Positions 28,277 to 42,845 of a DNA stretch of 64,000 nucleotides are shown here, one piece after another. Both the position numbers and the translations under genes were made by a program. Position 1 is the stretch's first letter. Each line of letters starts with the position of its first letter. Under the pieces are notes generated by a model. That model was not told the DNA's origin. It was given only the letters and a program-made list of their open reading frames with translations, and searched no databases. Origin of the DNA: Candidatus Bathyarchaeota archaeon (GTDB lineage: Archaea > Thermoproteota > Bathyarchaeia > Bathyarchaeales > Bathycorpusculaceae); NCBI GenBank assembly GCA_963827165.1, contig CAWGZR010000011.1, forward strand, positions 127,332 to 191,331, in the 5' to 3' direction.

Positions 28277-29563
28277 ATGGCAGAACATAAATTGCCATTA
28301 GAATACGTCTGCAGGAAATGCAACAAAACCTATTCAAACCTGGAGTATGAGGAGAGTAGGTTTTGCAAGGCTTGCGGTTCTTTTCTTTTGCGCAATTTTA
28401 GAGATGACCGTTATGCAGAGATGTTGGCTCAAAAAAGCTTTCGCAACCAAGCATCCACAACTGTCGCAAATAGTTCTTTCAAAGAGAAAATCGCACTGAC
28501 ACGGGCAGCCGAAAGTTTAAGCGGAAGAATAGGACGTTCGAAAGAGTATGAGGTAATTTCTGAAACAGAAAAAAACATGGAGCGCCCTGCTGAATCTGTG
28601 GTTGAAAGCTGGATTTGGAGCAGCGAATACGATGAGGCACTTAAACTTGAACAAGAACTCATCAAACAATATGAAGGCAAAAACCTTCAAAACTCAATAG
28701 CTGGAGAGGTTGTTTCAAACCAACAGGGAGAATGCTACCAGATCTCAGCTTCATGCATTTCCACTTTCAAAAAAGCAACTTACCAAGAAAGTAGACAACA
28801 AATCATCTCTGATTTGAAAGCTCTTCCTGGAATAGGACCCGCACGCGAACAAACTCTGAAACAGCAAGGCTACATGACAATAGAAGACCTTGAAAATCAC
28901 CCCCTTTGGAAAAAACAAGCCCACGACTTCATGAAAGTAATAGATAAAAAAGAAATCCCCTTGATTCAAAATTGGCTTTGGCAACGCTTTCCAAAATCTC
29001 ATCCTCTGCTTCATTATTTAGCTGGTTTCTGCCAAGATCAAGACTTCGCTATCGTGGACATTGAAACTTTGGGGCTCTCCGAGCGGCCTATAATTTTGCT
29101 CGGCGTAGCCACACCAACCAAGACTCATGTTTGTACGAGTCAGTTTTTGCTAAGAGATATTCAAGATGAACCAGGTGCTATTTGGGCTCTTGTTTCGCGG
29201 CTTGAACCCAACTTGTCACTCATAACTTATAATGGCAGGAGCTTTGATATTCCATACATTAGGCAAAGATTAGCTTATTATGGTTTAGATGCGCCGTTGG
29301 ATAATCCACATTTTGATGTTTTGCACTTCACCAGGCGGGCTCTTCGTCATAAACTGTCAGATTGCAAACTGGAAACCGTGGAGAAATACATCGGAATAAA
29401 AAGAGACATCAACATTCCAGGTGCTTTAGTTCCCCACTTTTACGAGACTTATTTGAGAACCAAAAATGCAGGACCGCTCGTCGCCATAGTTGAGCACAAC
29501 CGGCAAGACCTGCTAACCCTTGGAACATTATTCTCCAAGCTTTATGAGGAATGGAACCTTTGA
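28277..29563 (+). CDS. YprB/MrfB-like RNase H-fold exonuclease with Zn ribbon and HhH
   Basis: VDIETLGL, TYNGRSFDIPYI, HFDVLH, HNRQDL; LPGIGP HhH; CxxC...CxxC. Confidence 0.88.
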   Translation: MAEHKLPLEYVCRKCNKTYSNLEYEESRFCKACGSFLLRNFRDDRYAEMLAQKSFRNQASTTVANSSFKEKIALTRAAESLSGRIGRSKEYEVISETEKNMERPAESVVESWIWSSEYDEALKLEQELIKQYEGKNLQNSIAGEVVSNQQGECYQISASCISTFKKATYQESRQQIISDLKALPGIGPAREQTLKQQGYMTIEDLENHPLWKKQAHDFMKVIDKKEIPLIQNWLWQRFPKSHPLLHYLAGFCQDQDFAIVDIETLGLSERPIILLGVATPTKTHVCTSQFLLRDIQDEPGAIWALVSRLEPNLSLITYNGRSFDIPYIRQRLAYYGLDAPLDNPHFDVLHFTRRALRHKLSDCKLETVEKYIGIKRDINIPGALVPHFYETYLRTKNAGPLVAIVEHNRQDLLTLGTLFSKLYEEWNL

Positions 29564-31836
29564 TTGACGATTTTATTCAAAGCATAAAGCATATGCAAGG
29601 CTACAAAAAACAGATTGTGCACATACAAGAGATTCCTCCACAGGAAGCATGTTTTGGTGAGCTAGAGAAGTCTCTGCAGGCGAGCATCCAGGATTGCCTC
29701 TTGAACCGCGAAATTCATCTTTATTCGCATCAGGCAGAAGCCATAAATAAAGCAAGGGCGGGCAAGAACGTGGCGATTGTTACTCCGACGGCTTCAGGAA
29801 AAACCTTAGCTTTTAACATTCCTGTTTTGGACGCTCTTGCCAAAGACGCCAAAGCAACGGCGCTTTACCTTTACCCGACTAAGGCGCTTACAAACGATCA
29901 GCTAAAGGTTCTAAGAGAGCTGGAGAAAGAAACGGGGATTCAAGCCTACCCTAACGTTTACGATGGTGATACTCCTCAAAGTCAAAGGGCAAGGATACGC
30001 GAAAACAGTAAAATCATCTTAAGCAACCCTTATGGGCTTCACCAGTATCTTCCGTGGCATTATAAGTGGCGGAGCTTTCTTGGGAACCTTAAATTCGTGA
30101 TAATTGATGAAGCGCACGTTTATCGAGGAGTCTTTGGCTCAAACGTAGCTATGCTTCTGAGGCGGCTAATTAGAGTATGCAATTATTATCATGCTGACCC
30201 CCAAATCATCCTCTCGTCAGCCACCATCGCAAATCCAGGTGAGCACGCCAAGAGATTGACGGGTAAAGACTTTGAAATAGTTTCGAACGACGGCGCGCCC
30301 CGAGGAAAAAAATCATTCGTGTTCTGGAACCCGCCGTTCATCGGCAGCACCCAAACCACTCGAAGATCTACTCATCAAGAAACAAAAGACCTTCTAACCA
30401 TAAACATCACAAAGAACCTGCAAACCCTATGTTTCACAACATCTCGCCAGATGGCTGAGCTTATAACAAGATGGACCAAAGAAGACCTGAAAAAGCGGTC
30501 GCCAAAACTGGTCAACTCCGTTACAGCTTACAGGGCGGGCTATCTGCCTCAAGAACGGCGCGAGATAGAGAACCGACTGAAAACAAAAAGTTTGATCGGG
30601 GTTGTTTCAACCAATGCGCTTGAGTTGGGTATCGATATTGGTTCTTTGGATTCAGTGATCATTTCTGGTTACCCGGGAACGGTCATATCGACTTGGCAGC
30701 AGGCGGGGAGAGCTGGCAGGACAAATGCAGATTCTCTTGTTACGTTGGTTGCTTTTCAAAACCCGCTTGATCAATACTTCATGAAGCATCCCAAAGACTT
30801 CTTTGGACGGCCACATGAGCAAGCCATTATTGATTTGCATAATCGCTACATTTCTCTGGGGCACATTATGTGTGCGGCAAGCGAGCTGCCACTGACAGAG
30901 GCAGACAAAAAATATTTCCCCGAACTATTCCAAGAGAGTATTCAAGCTCTTGAACAACAAAACCTGGTCCGCAAAACGCCCCGGGGATATGTCTATTCGG
31001 GAACTGCAAGACCTGTCGAGGTTGTGACGTTGGAGAGCATCTCAGACAAAACTGTCACCGTAACCTGCAACGGAAACATACTTGAAACGCTCACGTTAAA
31101 CAAGGCTTACGAAGAAGCTCATGAAGGTGCAGTCTTGCTTCATCAGGGCGAAACATACATCTCTGAAGAATTGGATCTCAACAAATTAACGGCTAAAGTC
31201 ACGCAAGAAAACGTCAACTACTACACGGAAGCGCTGAAAACCGTTGATGTCGCAATAAAGAAAATTCATGAAGAAAAACAAATCGGCATCCAAGTTGGCT
31301 TGGGCGAATTAATTACAACTGAATTTTACCACACTTACCTAACCAAATCATATGATGCGGTTGTTGAGAGAAAACCGCTTAATCTTCCGCCGTTATCGTT
31401 TTCGACTGTCGGAATGTGGTTTATAATTCCGGAGGAAATAAAAAAAGAAATCGAAGATAACGGTCTCGATTTTGACGGGGGAATACATGCGGCGGAGCAT
31501 GCGATGATTGCGATGTCGCCTATGTTTGCGATGTGTGACAGATGGGATATTGGAGGGTTATCGACTCCACTGCATCCAGACACTGGGAACCCGACGATTT
31601 TCATTTATGATGGCTTTGAAGGTGGGATTGGAATTTCAGAAAACCTCTACCAAAACATAAAACCGCTTTTCGAAAAAACTCTTGAGCTGATCGAGAATTG
31701 CGAGTGTAAGGACGGTTGCCCCTCATGCATTTACTCGCCTAAATGCGGAAATGAAAATAAACCATTGGACAAGAAGGCGGCAAGCATAATTCTTCAGAGG
31801 ATTTTAGTGAGGCTGGAAAGCAATCATTCCTCGTAA
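29551..31836 (+). CDS. DEAH-box helicase with DUF1998 (MrfA/YprA/Hrq1 family)
   Basis: LYSHQ, PTASGKT, YPTKAL, DEAH, SAT, QQAGRAGR, C-x-C-x2-GCPSC C-terminus. Confidence 0.93.
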   Translation: MEPLIDDFIQSIKHMQGYKKQIVHIQEIPPQEACFGELEKSLQASIQDCLLNREIHLYSHQAEAINKARAGKNVAIVTPTASGKTLAFNIPVLDALAKDAKATALYLYPTKALTNDQLKVLRELEKETGIQAYPNVYDGDTPQSQRARIRENSKIILSNPYGLHQYLPWHYKWRSFLGNLKFVIIDEAHVYRGVFGSNVAMLLRRLIRVCNYYHADPQIILSSATIANPGEHAKRLTGKDFEIVSNDGAPRGKKSFVFWNPPFIGSTQTTRRSTHQETKDLLTINITKNLQTLCFTTSRQMAELITRWTKEDLKKRSPKLVNSVTAYRAGYLPQERREIENRLKTKSLIGVVSTNALELGIDIGSLDSVIISGYPGTVISTWQQAGRAGRTNADSLVTLVAFQNPLDQYFMKHPKDFFGRPHEQAIIDLHNRYISLGHIMCAASELPLTEADKKYFPELFQESIQALEQQNLVRKTPRGYVYSGTARPVEVVTLESISDKTVTVTCNGNILETLTLNKAYEEAHEGAVLLHQGETYISEELDLNKLTAKVTQENVNYYTEALKTVDVAIKKIHEEKQIGIQVGLGELITTEFYHTYLTKSYDAVVERKPLNLPPLSFSTVGMWFIIPEEIKKEIEDNGLDFDGGIHAAEHAMIAMSPMFAMCDRWDIGGLSTPLHPDTGNPTIFIYDGFEGGIGISENLYQNIKPLFEKTLELIENCECKDGCPSCIYSPKCGNENKPLDKKAASIILQRILVRLESNHSS

Positions 31837-31917
31837 ACGCAGACGCAGTTTCTCAACAAGTTCTTCCTCGCTTACGTCTGGAAGCTGTCTCTATTTTCGT
31901 CAGCGCAAATCCGACGA

Positions 31918-32571
31918 CTAATGGGGTACTTTTTGGTTCTTCTTGTGTGGTCTGTGAGCGGGCCAGCATTTCTTGCAGTATATCGGTCGGTCTTGACGGG
32001 GCTGAAACGGCACTTCGCATTCAGATCCGCAGTCACTGCATACGGCAACATGAAGTGGAGTTGAATGGAACTTTTGGAAAATATTATAATTCTTAAGGCG
32101 CGGCCATCCCGTCTTAGCAAAATGCATCATTTCAGGATTATCTTTTAGCCAACGCATCATATGAAAGAAGCTTTTACCTCTTTTTTCTTCCCGCTCTGCT
32201 AATGGTTCATAACCTAAATTGCGAATCTCATCCAAATACGCGATTTCGACTAGCCGCTGGGCCTCGCCGACGACTCTCACTCGCTTAACTCGGTCTTCCC
32301 CGTAGACTTTGCGTAGTTCCTCTGCTGCCACATCGAAGATGCAGCCTTGGCATATGTGGACTTCTTCGTCCGGTTTTAGGTTGAATCCCTCTACAAGTTT
32401 GGAAACGATGCGCGAAGACTCTTGCAAGTATTCTTTTTCACGGAAAATCTCTTGATAGAATCGCACGTCTATCATGTCATACTTGAATTGATCTGTCTCT
32501 TCCCGGTAGGCGCCGACTACGACGCCATAAAGCAAGTCGCCGCTGCCCGCGTCATCAACGATAACTGTCAA
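31918..32571 (-). CDS. Degenerate RNase HII-like domain fused to CxxC-x17-CxxC domain
   Basis: IVDDAGSGDLLYGVVVG; CSDCGSECEVPFQPRQDRPIYCKKC. Confidence 0.75.
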   Translation of the reverse strand: MTVIVDDAGSGDLLYGVVVGAYREETDQFKYDMIDVRFYQEIFREKEYLQESSRIVSKLVEGFNLKPDEEVHICQGCIFDVAAEELRKVYGEDRVKRVRVVGEAQRLVEIAYLDEIRNLGYEPLAEREEKRGKSFFHMMRWLKDNPEMMHFAKTGWPRLKNYNIFQKFHSTPLHVAVCSDCGSECEVPFQPRQDRPIYCKKCWPAHRPHKKNQKVPH

Positions 32572-32861
32572 ATTGCAGGTTTTCCCTTCTATTTGTCACA
32601 CTCCAATGTTTAACGCGTGTATAAATATAATGCTCTAAAAGAAACAATCTGAAGGCGAAAACTCTTCAGTGGACCTCTGACCGGGAAGGTAACCCTTGGA
32701 ATCTTTGCGAAACAGGAGAAAAAGGTTAAGAAATCTGTCGGTGGTTCTCGGTTTATGTTGTGTTTAGAGCACTTGATTTATAAGGATGGATGATTAGTTT
32801 ATGAGACTGTGTAAGAAGCGACTTTTTACACACCAATATAGTAGGAGTTGAAAATAGTAAA

Positions 32862-33005
32862 ATGTCATATGGCAACCGCGAAATGCACAAGGCAACCTGC
32901 GCCGACTGTGGAAAAGAATGCGATGTTCCTTTCAAACCAGACGGCACAAGGCCAGTATATTGCCGAGAATGCTACGCAAAACGAAGACCACCAAGAAGAT
33001 ATTAA
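32862..33005 (+). CDS. CxxC-x17-CxxC domain protein (47 aa)
   Basis: MSYGNREMHKATCADCGKECDVPFKPDGTRPVYCRECYAKRRPPRRY*; AGGAG upstream, T-rich tract downstream. Confidence 0.9.
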   Translation: MSYGNREMHKATCADCGKECDVPFKPDGTRPVYCRECYAKRRPPRRY

Positions 33006-33091
33006 GCTAATCTAGCCTAACATCTTTTCACAAAGTCTTAAAATTTTTTCTTTTTATTTTTTTAATCTTTTGCACTGTGTTTTTGCTTTTG

Positions 33092-33230
33092 GATTTAGCA
33101 AATTTTTTTGTTTGTGTTTTGGGTTGTTTTTTTAAAATGGGGCGTGGATCGGTTGCAACTGTGAGCTAAAATAAGCTATTTTAAGCTAAAAAAAGCTATA
33201 ATAAGCTAGATTAAGCTAAGGCAAGCTAGA
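33092..33230 (+). repeat. Dispersed leader + 10-bp array element (7 x NN(A/G)AGCTANN)
   Basis: Leader matches the 36001 and 38534 copies; AGCTA at exact 10-bp spacing across 33161-33230. Confidence 0.8.
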
Positions 33231-33342
33231 ATAATCGCTGGAAAATGCTTTCAAACTTAATACGTATGGCTCCATAACTAACTCTCAGAAGAGAAATATT
33301 AAATATCATTTGTCCTGATTATTTTGTCAGGAAGTCTTTCTT

Positions 33343-33534
33343 TTGGTTACCGAAAAAAAGATTGGAAACAAAACGGTTTTTCTCTGCGATATTTGCGGCC
33401 TCGGATACTCAGAAAAAAGCACAGCGCAAGAATGCGAAGATTATTGCCGAACCCATGCTGGTTCTTGCAGCGCCGAGATCAGTAAAAAGGCAGTTTACCT
33501 CCCTGGTGCACCGATCCTGCCCGAGAAAGGATGA
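33343..33534 (+). CDS. Small Cys-rich metal-binding protein
   Basis: FLCDICGLGY...AQECEDYCRTH..SCSAEI. Confidence 0.7.
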   Translation: MVTEKKIGNKTVFLCDICGLGYSEKSTAQECEDYCRTHAGSCSAEISKKAVYLPGAPILPEKG

Positions 33535-33677
33535 CTTTGGTTTTTTTCTTCTCTCCTTAAAAGAAGGAGCAATTTCTAGGTAAGGAAAAGATGTCGTGGA
33601 TGATATAGGTAGACCAGCAATTTATTGTAGATAGCTTTTTTGTGTCACTTTTAGCTTCGGTTTTTGGTGCTTGATTT

Positions 33678-34133
33678 CTATGATAAGGATGCTCCACAGT
33701 TAATGCATTTGGAGGCGTCTGGCTTGTTTTTGGTTCCACAATACGAACAAACAATCATAGCCGGCGTCGTCTCCTCCGTCAGGACCTGCATTTGAGCTTT
33801 GCTGATATTTTCCCTTATTGTTCTATACGCTTGCTCTGCATCAGCTTTAGGCACATCGGCAAACAAAAGAGGAGGCGCCGCCGATTTGAAGGTGCATTTA
33901 ATAGTTGAACGCAGTATTCCCCTGTCAATCGTAACGTCTTGAAAGTCGATATAGTTGTAGTCAGTGTAGTCTTTTTTTAAGCCGAGTGCGTGAGGATGAC
34001 GCAGAATCATCCGCTGGTTAGTTATGATGACCGAGTCAATGTCAACCGCGAGATGATAAAACTTTTGCTTAATGTAGAGTTCAACGGATTCGTTTGGGTC
34101 AAGAATATCTTTCAGATCATCAGGAGTGGCCAT
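33678..34133 (-). CDS. Bacterial-type PH domain + zinc ribbon protein
   Basis: DSVIITNQRMIL...KDYTDYNY; CSYCG...CINCG. Confidence 0.8.
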   Translation of the reverse strand: MATPDDLKDILDPNESVELYIKQKFYHLAVDIDSVIITNQRMILRHPHALGLKKDYTDYNYIDFQDVTIDRGILRSTIKCTFKSAAPPLLFADVPKADAEQAYRTIRENISKAQMQVLTEETTPAMIVCSYCGTKNKPDASKCINCGASLS

Positions 34134-34189
34134 AAAAAACAACCACTAACAAAACAGGCGAACAATTATTTATCCCTTAACTGGAGAAG

Positions 34190-38475
<4,286 letters not shown>

Positions 38476-38520
38476 TAGGAGCTAGACTGACCACATAGAA
38501 CAGGTTTAATTCCGATGTGA

Positions 38521-38664
38521 TTTTTCACTCGGGAATTTTTTCTTTGTGTTTTGAGTTCTTTTTTTGGTTTGGGGCTTGATTTGGCTGCAGGTTGAGTCTT
38601 AAAATCTCCATAAATCTCCCACAATCTCTGAAAATCTCCTCGAATCTACGAGTTTCGCTTGTCA
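38521..38664 (+). repeat. Dispersed leader + 10-bp array element (5 x ~AATCTC), downstream of katG
   Basis: aaaatctcca/taaatctccc/acaatctctg/aaaatctcct/cgaatctacg at 38601-38650. Confidence 0.8.
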
Positions 38665-38901
38665 AGGGACCTCAAGAGAGATGAGCAGAGATTATCAATC
38701 TTTAGGCGGCAGAATTTTCGGTTACGGAGAAATAACAGTCAACTCTCAGGTAGAACGTCAAACGAAGCTTCAGTTTGTCCATGAGCCATTCGTCGTTGCA
38801 GACAGGATGAGGGACATAAAGGGTGAACCAATCGTGCATATTAGATATCCAAACTCAAAAGCATGTTCCTTTCAGGCTTTCTTGTTTTTCCGATTCAGAA
38901 A

Positions 38902-41193
38902 TTAAATGCTTGCGGCTTTTGATTTGTCGCTTGTCGCTATGCTGAAAACAAATGTTGCGCCTTTGTTGAAGCCGCCTATTTCCTTGACGGTCCAGCCGTA
39001 GATGTCGCAGGTTCTCTTGATCAAGTAAAGACCAAAACCAGTGCCCTGACCGAAGCCCTTCGTGAACAAATGCGTTTTGTCTGAATCGCTTATGCCGCCT
39101 CCATCGTCTTCGTAGATTATGCTTTGGGATCCGTCTTTTTCTTCTCGGTGGCTGATTTTTATCTTTGTCAAGTTCTTGCCGTATTTGAGTGAGTTGTCGA
39201 TTAAATTATGAAACACTGTCGTTAGCATTGAGTCAGCCAAAATACGAAAGCCCTTGCATTCGTTGATTAATTCGGCGCCTCTTAATCCGCTGAAAAGTGA
39301 TGCCGCCTGATCGATCGCCGCCCCAACATCGGTCTGGGTTCGTCGTTCACTTCCAAGCGATTCGTAATTTTTGGCAAAATCAAGCATTCGCGTTATGCTT
39401 GCACTCGCCAAGCGAATCTGGTCTATATAATGGCTTATTTTCTGGTCGCCACCGGCCTGTTTCTTAGCTAAGTATGCATTTCCCTCAATGGCCATTAACT
39501 TGTTGCGGACATCATGCCGAGTGAAGCTCCCAATAACACTCAGTTTCTCGTTAAGAACTTCTGACTGTTTTAGTGCAGCTTCAATCTTCGCCTCTGAATT
39601 CATTTGATCCGTCATGTCCACGTAAACCGTCACGCTACCGATTCTTTTCCCACCAACTGTCACAGATGCCAAAGAAACGAAAACCGGCAGCATCGAACCA
39701 CCCTTGCATTTTCTTCTTGTTTGAAAACTCACAGCGTTGCTGCAGCTTTTTTCGATGTAGGCACTCATTTCCGGTTTCAAGTCATCAGGAACGAGAATAT
39801 CTGCTAAGTTTTTGCCGCAGATTTCTTCTTGCGAAAATCCGAAGATGTCAGTGAATTTGGGGTTAATGTTGATGACGCAGAAGTTTTCATCTGAGTACGC
39901 TACTGCTTGCGGGTTCGAGTTAAATAGGGATTTGAATTCTTCCCTGCTTTCTCGAAGGTCGGTTTCTCTTTGCTTTTTCTCAGTTATGTCCAGAACGATT
40001 TCTGAGGCAGCGATTATGTTTCCGTTTCTGTCCTTTATGGGAGAAGCGACGATTTCAACCCAGTATGGACTGCCATCCAATTTCGTTGAGAAGTATTCAT
40101 GGGAATCCGCTTCAGCTTTACCAGCGAAGATTTTTGCCACTCCGCAGTCTAGGCAGGGTGCGTCTAGAGTGTTTAGGGTGGCATAGCAGAGTTTTCCAAC
40201 TGAATCGCCCTTATAGTCCCGGATAAAGCGGTTTGCGTACAATATGCGATAATCTTTGCCGATGATTACAAATCCGACGCCTATACTTTGAGTAAAAGCT
40301 TCAAGCATGTTTTGATCTTGCTTTAAAGCATCTTCCATTTTCTTACGTTCACTGATGTCTTCTAGCTGCACGATGAAAAGACAGATTTTTCCGGTCTCAT
40401 CCTTAACAGTGCTTACACTGACCCTTCCAAAAATTATGGCACCGTCTTTTCTGACGTATCTTTTTTCTAATCTGAACGCGGGTATTTTTCCAGCTTTAAG
40501 CTCATTTATTTTCTCAATGCTTTCGTCTAGATCGTCAGGATAAGTGACATCCTTGAAACTAAGCTTTCGCAACTCAACCTGGGTGTAACCGAGTATTCTG
40601 CTGAATTCGGCATTTACGGTCTCAAAAAGTTCGCCGAGATGACAAGAGGCGGAAATCCCAATGGGAGCGTTCATAATTATTGCTTTCAATTGTTGTTCGC
40701 TTCGGCTAAGAGCAATTTTTGCCTGTTTGCTTTCAACTGCTTGCCGTATGTAATGAGCAAGTTCGCCATAAACTGTCTCTGGATTTCCATGTTTGCTTAC
40801 GTAACCGTTTGCGCCAAGATTCAAGGCTTCAATAATGATTTCTTCTCTGCCTTTTCCAGTGAAAAGTATGAAGGGGACCTCGATTTTTTGGATTTTGAGT
40901 TCCATCAGTAATTCTAAGCCATTCTTGTTAGACATTTCATAGTCAGAGACGATTGCATCAAACGAATCTGAACGCATCTTCCTGAGCGCTTCTTCAGCAG
41001 ACACAGCTGTTTCCACTTCGAAATTGCCTAACAATGGTATGATATTTTTGGAAACATACAAAAATGAAACATCATCGTCAACATGCAGGATGCGCAATCG
41101 TTTTTCTTTAACTTCGCAAGCCGAATCGATTTCTATTTGGGGAACTGGAGATATTGGGGGTAAAACTTCTTGCTTTTCCCGCGATTTTTCCAT
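38902..41193 (-). CDS. Hybrid sensor histidine kinase (REC-PAS x3-HisKA-HATPase)
   Basis: LHVDDD, SDYEM, LFTGKG; PAS/PAC repeats; RHDVRN, NLIDNS, DDGGG, GFGLY. Confidence 0.93.
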   Translation of the reverse strand: MEKSREKQEVLPPISPVPQIEIDSACEVKEKRLRILHVDDDVSFLYVSKNIIPLLGNFEVETAVSAEEALRKMRSDSFDAIVSDYEMSNKNGLELLMELKIQKIEVPFILFTGKGREEIIIEALNLGANGYVSKHGNPETVYGELAHYIRQAVESKQAKIALSRSEQQLKAIIMNAPIGISASCHLGELFETVNAEFSRILGYTQVELRKLSFKDVTYPDDLDESIEKINELKAGKIPAFRLEKRYVRKDGAIIFGRVSVSTVKDETGKICLFIVQLEDISERKKMEDALKQDQNMLEAFTQSIGVGFVIIGKDYRILYANRFIRDYKGDSVGKLCYATLNTLDAPCLDCGVAKIFAGKAEADSHEYFSTKLDGSPYWVEIVASPIKDRNGNIIAASEIVLDITEKKQRETDLRESREEFKSLFNSNPQAVAYSDENFCVININPKFTDIFGFSQEEICGKNLADILVPDDLKPEMSAYIEKSCSNAVSFQTRRKCKGGSMLPVFVSLASVTVGGKRIGSVTVYVDMTDQMNSEAKIEAALKQSEVLNEKLSVIGSFTRHDVRNKLMAIEGNAYLAKKQAGGDQKISHYIDQIRLASASITRMLDFAKNYESLGSERRTQTDVGAAIDQAASLFSGLRGAELINECKGFRILADSMLTTVFHNLIDNSLKYGKNLTKIKISHREEKDGSQSIIYEDDGGGISDSDKTHLFTKGFGQGTGFGLYLIKRTCDIYGWTVKEIGGFNKGATFVFSIATSDKSKAASI

Positions 41194-41588
41194 ATCTAAC
41201 GATTCTCCGCGAAAGAAATTATAAAGCCTTGTTAATCAGCAAAAATGATTACAAGTAAATATCCGCAATCACTAGAAGAATTTGTAAATCTAAGCAGCTA
41301 ATCCAAAATCTGAAAAAGGCCTTGCCATATGCCTTTTTGGGGATAACAATAGATGTTTGTGCAACTTTTCACAATAATTATGAACGTTTCTCAAATCGCT
41401 TTATATCTTTACAAACTATTTTTTTGTTTCAGAGCAAAAACAAAAAAATGGGTGACAGGCATGTTGGATTTAGCGATCGTCGGAACTGCAAGCTTAAGCA
41501 TTTTCACCTTGCACTTCATGGTAATTATACTTAAAAGCTCGCGCACCCAGCCCAACTTAAGAACGAAAATAGGCAAGGTGAATTAAAC

Positions 41589-41696
41589 TTGTACAGTACG
41601 ATTATTTTGGATTGCCAAACCAAAACAACCTTCTCCTGCTCGGAGGACTGCATCGCATACAAAACCTGTTCAATACGAAAAAAAGTCCACTATTAA
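41589..41696 (+). CDS. Possible small Cys-rich peptide
   Basis: AGGTGA upstream, TTG start; MYSTIILDCQTKTTFSCSEDCIAYKTCSIRKKVHY*. Confidence 0.35.
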   Translation: MYSTIILDCQTKTTFSCSEDCIAYKTCSIRKKVHY

Positions 41697-41780
41697 GCTC
41701 TTGGATGTATATTCATACATGTTACATAATTTTATAAGCTAACAGCAACATGTTGGAAAGTCCCATAGGAGGCGAAAAAA

Positions 41781-41906
41781 ACGTTAAGTAGAGATTGCGA
41801 CGGTTGCGAGATGCTGCACATGTGCAGTGAACGCTACAGGCGTGTAAACAAAGACGAGAAAGTTTACTGTCCAGATGGAACAGCACATTTGGTGGACCAA
41901 AACTAA
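41781..41906 (+). CDS. Small Cys/His-rich protein with apparent ACG start
   Basis: GGAGG then ACG-LSRDCDGCEMLHMCSERYRRVNKDEKVYCPDGTAHLVDQN*; T-rich tract after the stop. Confidence 0.55.
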   Translation, partial: TLSRDCDGCEMLHMCSERYRRVNKDEKVYCPDGTAHLVDQN

Positions 41907-41992
41907 ACCTCCCTCTTTATCATTTTATTTTTTAGTTTATTTCAGAAAGGCAGAAATGCTTAATCGCAATACTTGTGAGGGCTGAAACATCA

Positions 41993-42526
41993 ATGGATAA
42001 GCCTGAATACATTACTTGGAGCAGAAAATACGACAAAAGTTACGGGTGGCAAGCCCAACGGGAGCGGGAGTTAGGCGCCAAATTCAGAAAACAAAAAGGT
42101 TTGACAGTCGCCGACCTCGCACAAGTTGTTGAGTGGAAATTCAAAGACGACCCCGAAAAGAAAACTAGACTACTAGAATTAGTTGCGCGAAACACCGAAG
42201 AAAAAGTCAACCGGATATCCAGCCAAGCCTTCAATTTGCCGCAAGGGGACGACAACTACAAAATCTGTTGCTTAACAACCCTTGAAGGCGTCAGTCCTAT
42301 CGTCGCAAGCGTGATTTTAACTTTTTTTGACCCCCGCCTATACGGGATTTTTGACACGAGAGTTTGGAAAGGTCTACTTGGCAATCCGCCTCCAGGCCTT
42401 TTCACACCGCAGAACTACATCAAACTGCTTGCTGCAATGAGGAAAACCGCGGCGAAACATAACTTGGATGCAAGAATCATCGACAAGGCTCTATTCAAGA
42501 AAAGCACTGATGAATCCACAAAATAG
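41993..42526 (+). CDS. Hypothetical protein, HhH/DNA-glycosylase-like fold
   Basis: VVEWK, LEGVSPIVASVILTFFDP..YGIFDTRV, IDKALF. Confidence 0.75.
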   Translation: MDKPEYITWSRKYDKSYGWQAQRERELGAKFRKQKGLTVADLAQVVEWKFKDDPEKKTRLLELVARNTEEKVNRISSQAFNLPQGDDNYKICCLTTLEGVSPIVASVILTFFDPRLYGIFDTRVWKGLLGNPPPGLFTPQNYIKLLAAMRKTAAKHNLDARIIDKALFKKSTDESTK

Positions 42527-42845
42527 TGCGACAGCGCAGGATTGATTTGGTTTTCTCATTAAAGTAGAATTGAAAATACCGTTAAAAGAAATAAACCTGG
42601 CTGCAAAAACTGCCGCTGATCTATTTCTTAACTATTCGAATTTCCTTTTTTCGCCTAAACTCTTTAACCGAGCGAAAATCACAAGTGCGTGAGAGCGTTG
42701 CTTTTAGACTTCACAATTTTTAGAATTCCCGCTCGCTTACGCGCCTCATTTGAAGTTACATTATGATTTTGCAACATTCATTCTCGGGCTTTTTTGGCAA
42801 GCCTTAAATTTTTCAAGCCATACCAATGGTTGGGGATTCAACCAA

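Noticed and set aside
29551-31836. DUF1998 helicase as a DISARM/Druantia defence gene
   Set aside because: Single-chain helicase-DUF1998 paired with a YprB-like nuclease, with no methylase or other defence genes nearby
33161-33230. 10-bp arrays as a CRISPR array
   Set aside because: Units are 10 bp with no spacers, and no cas genes are present
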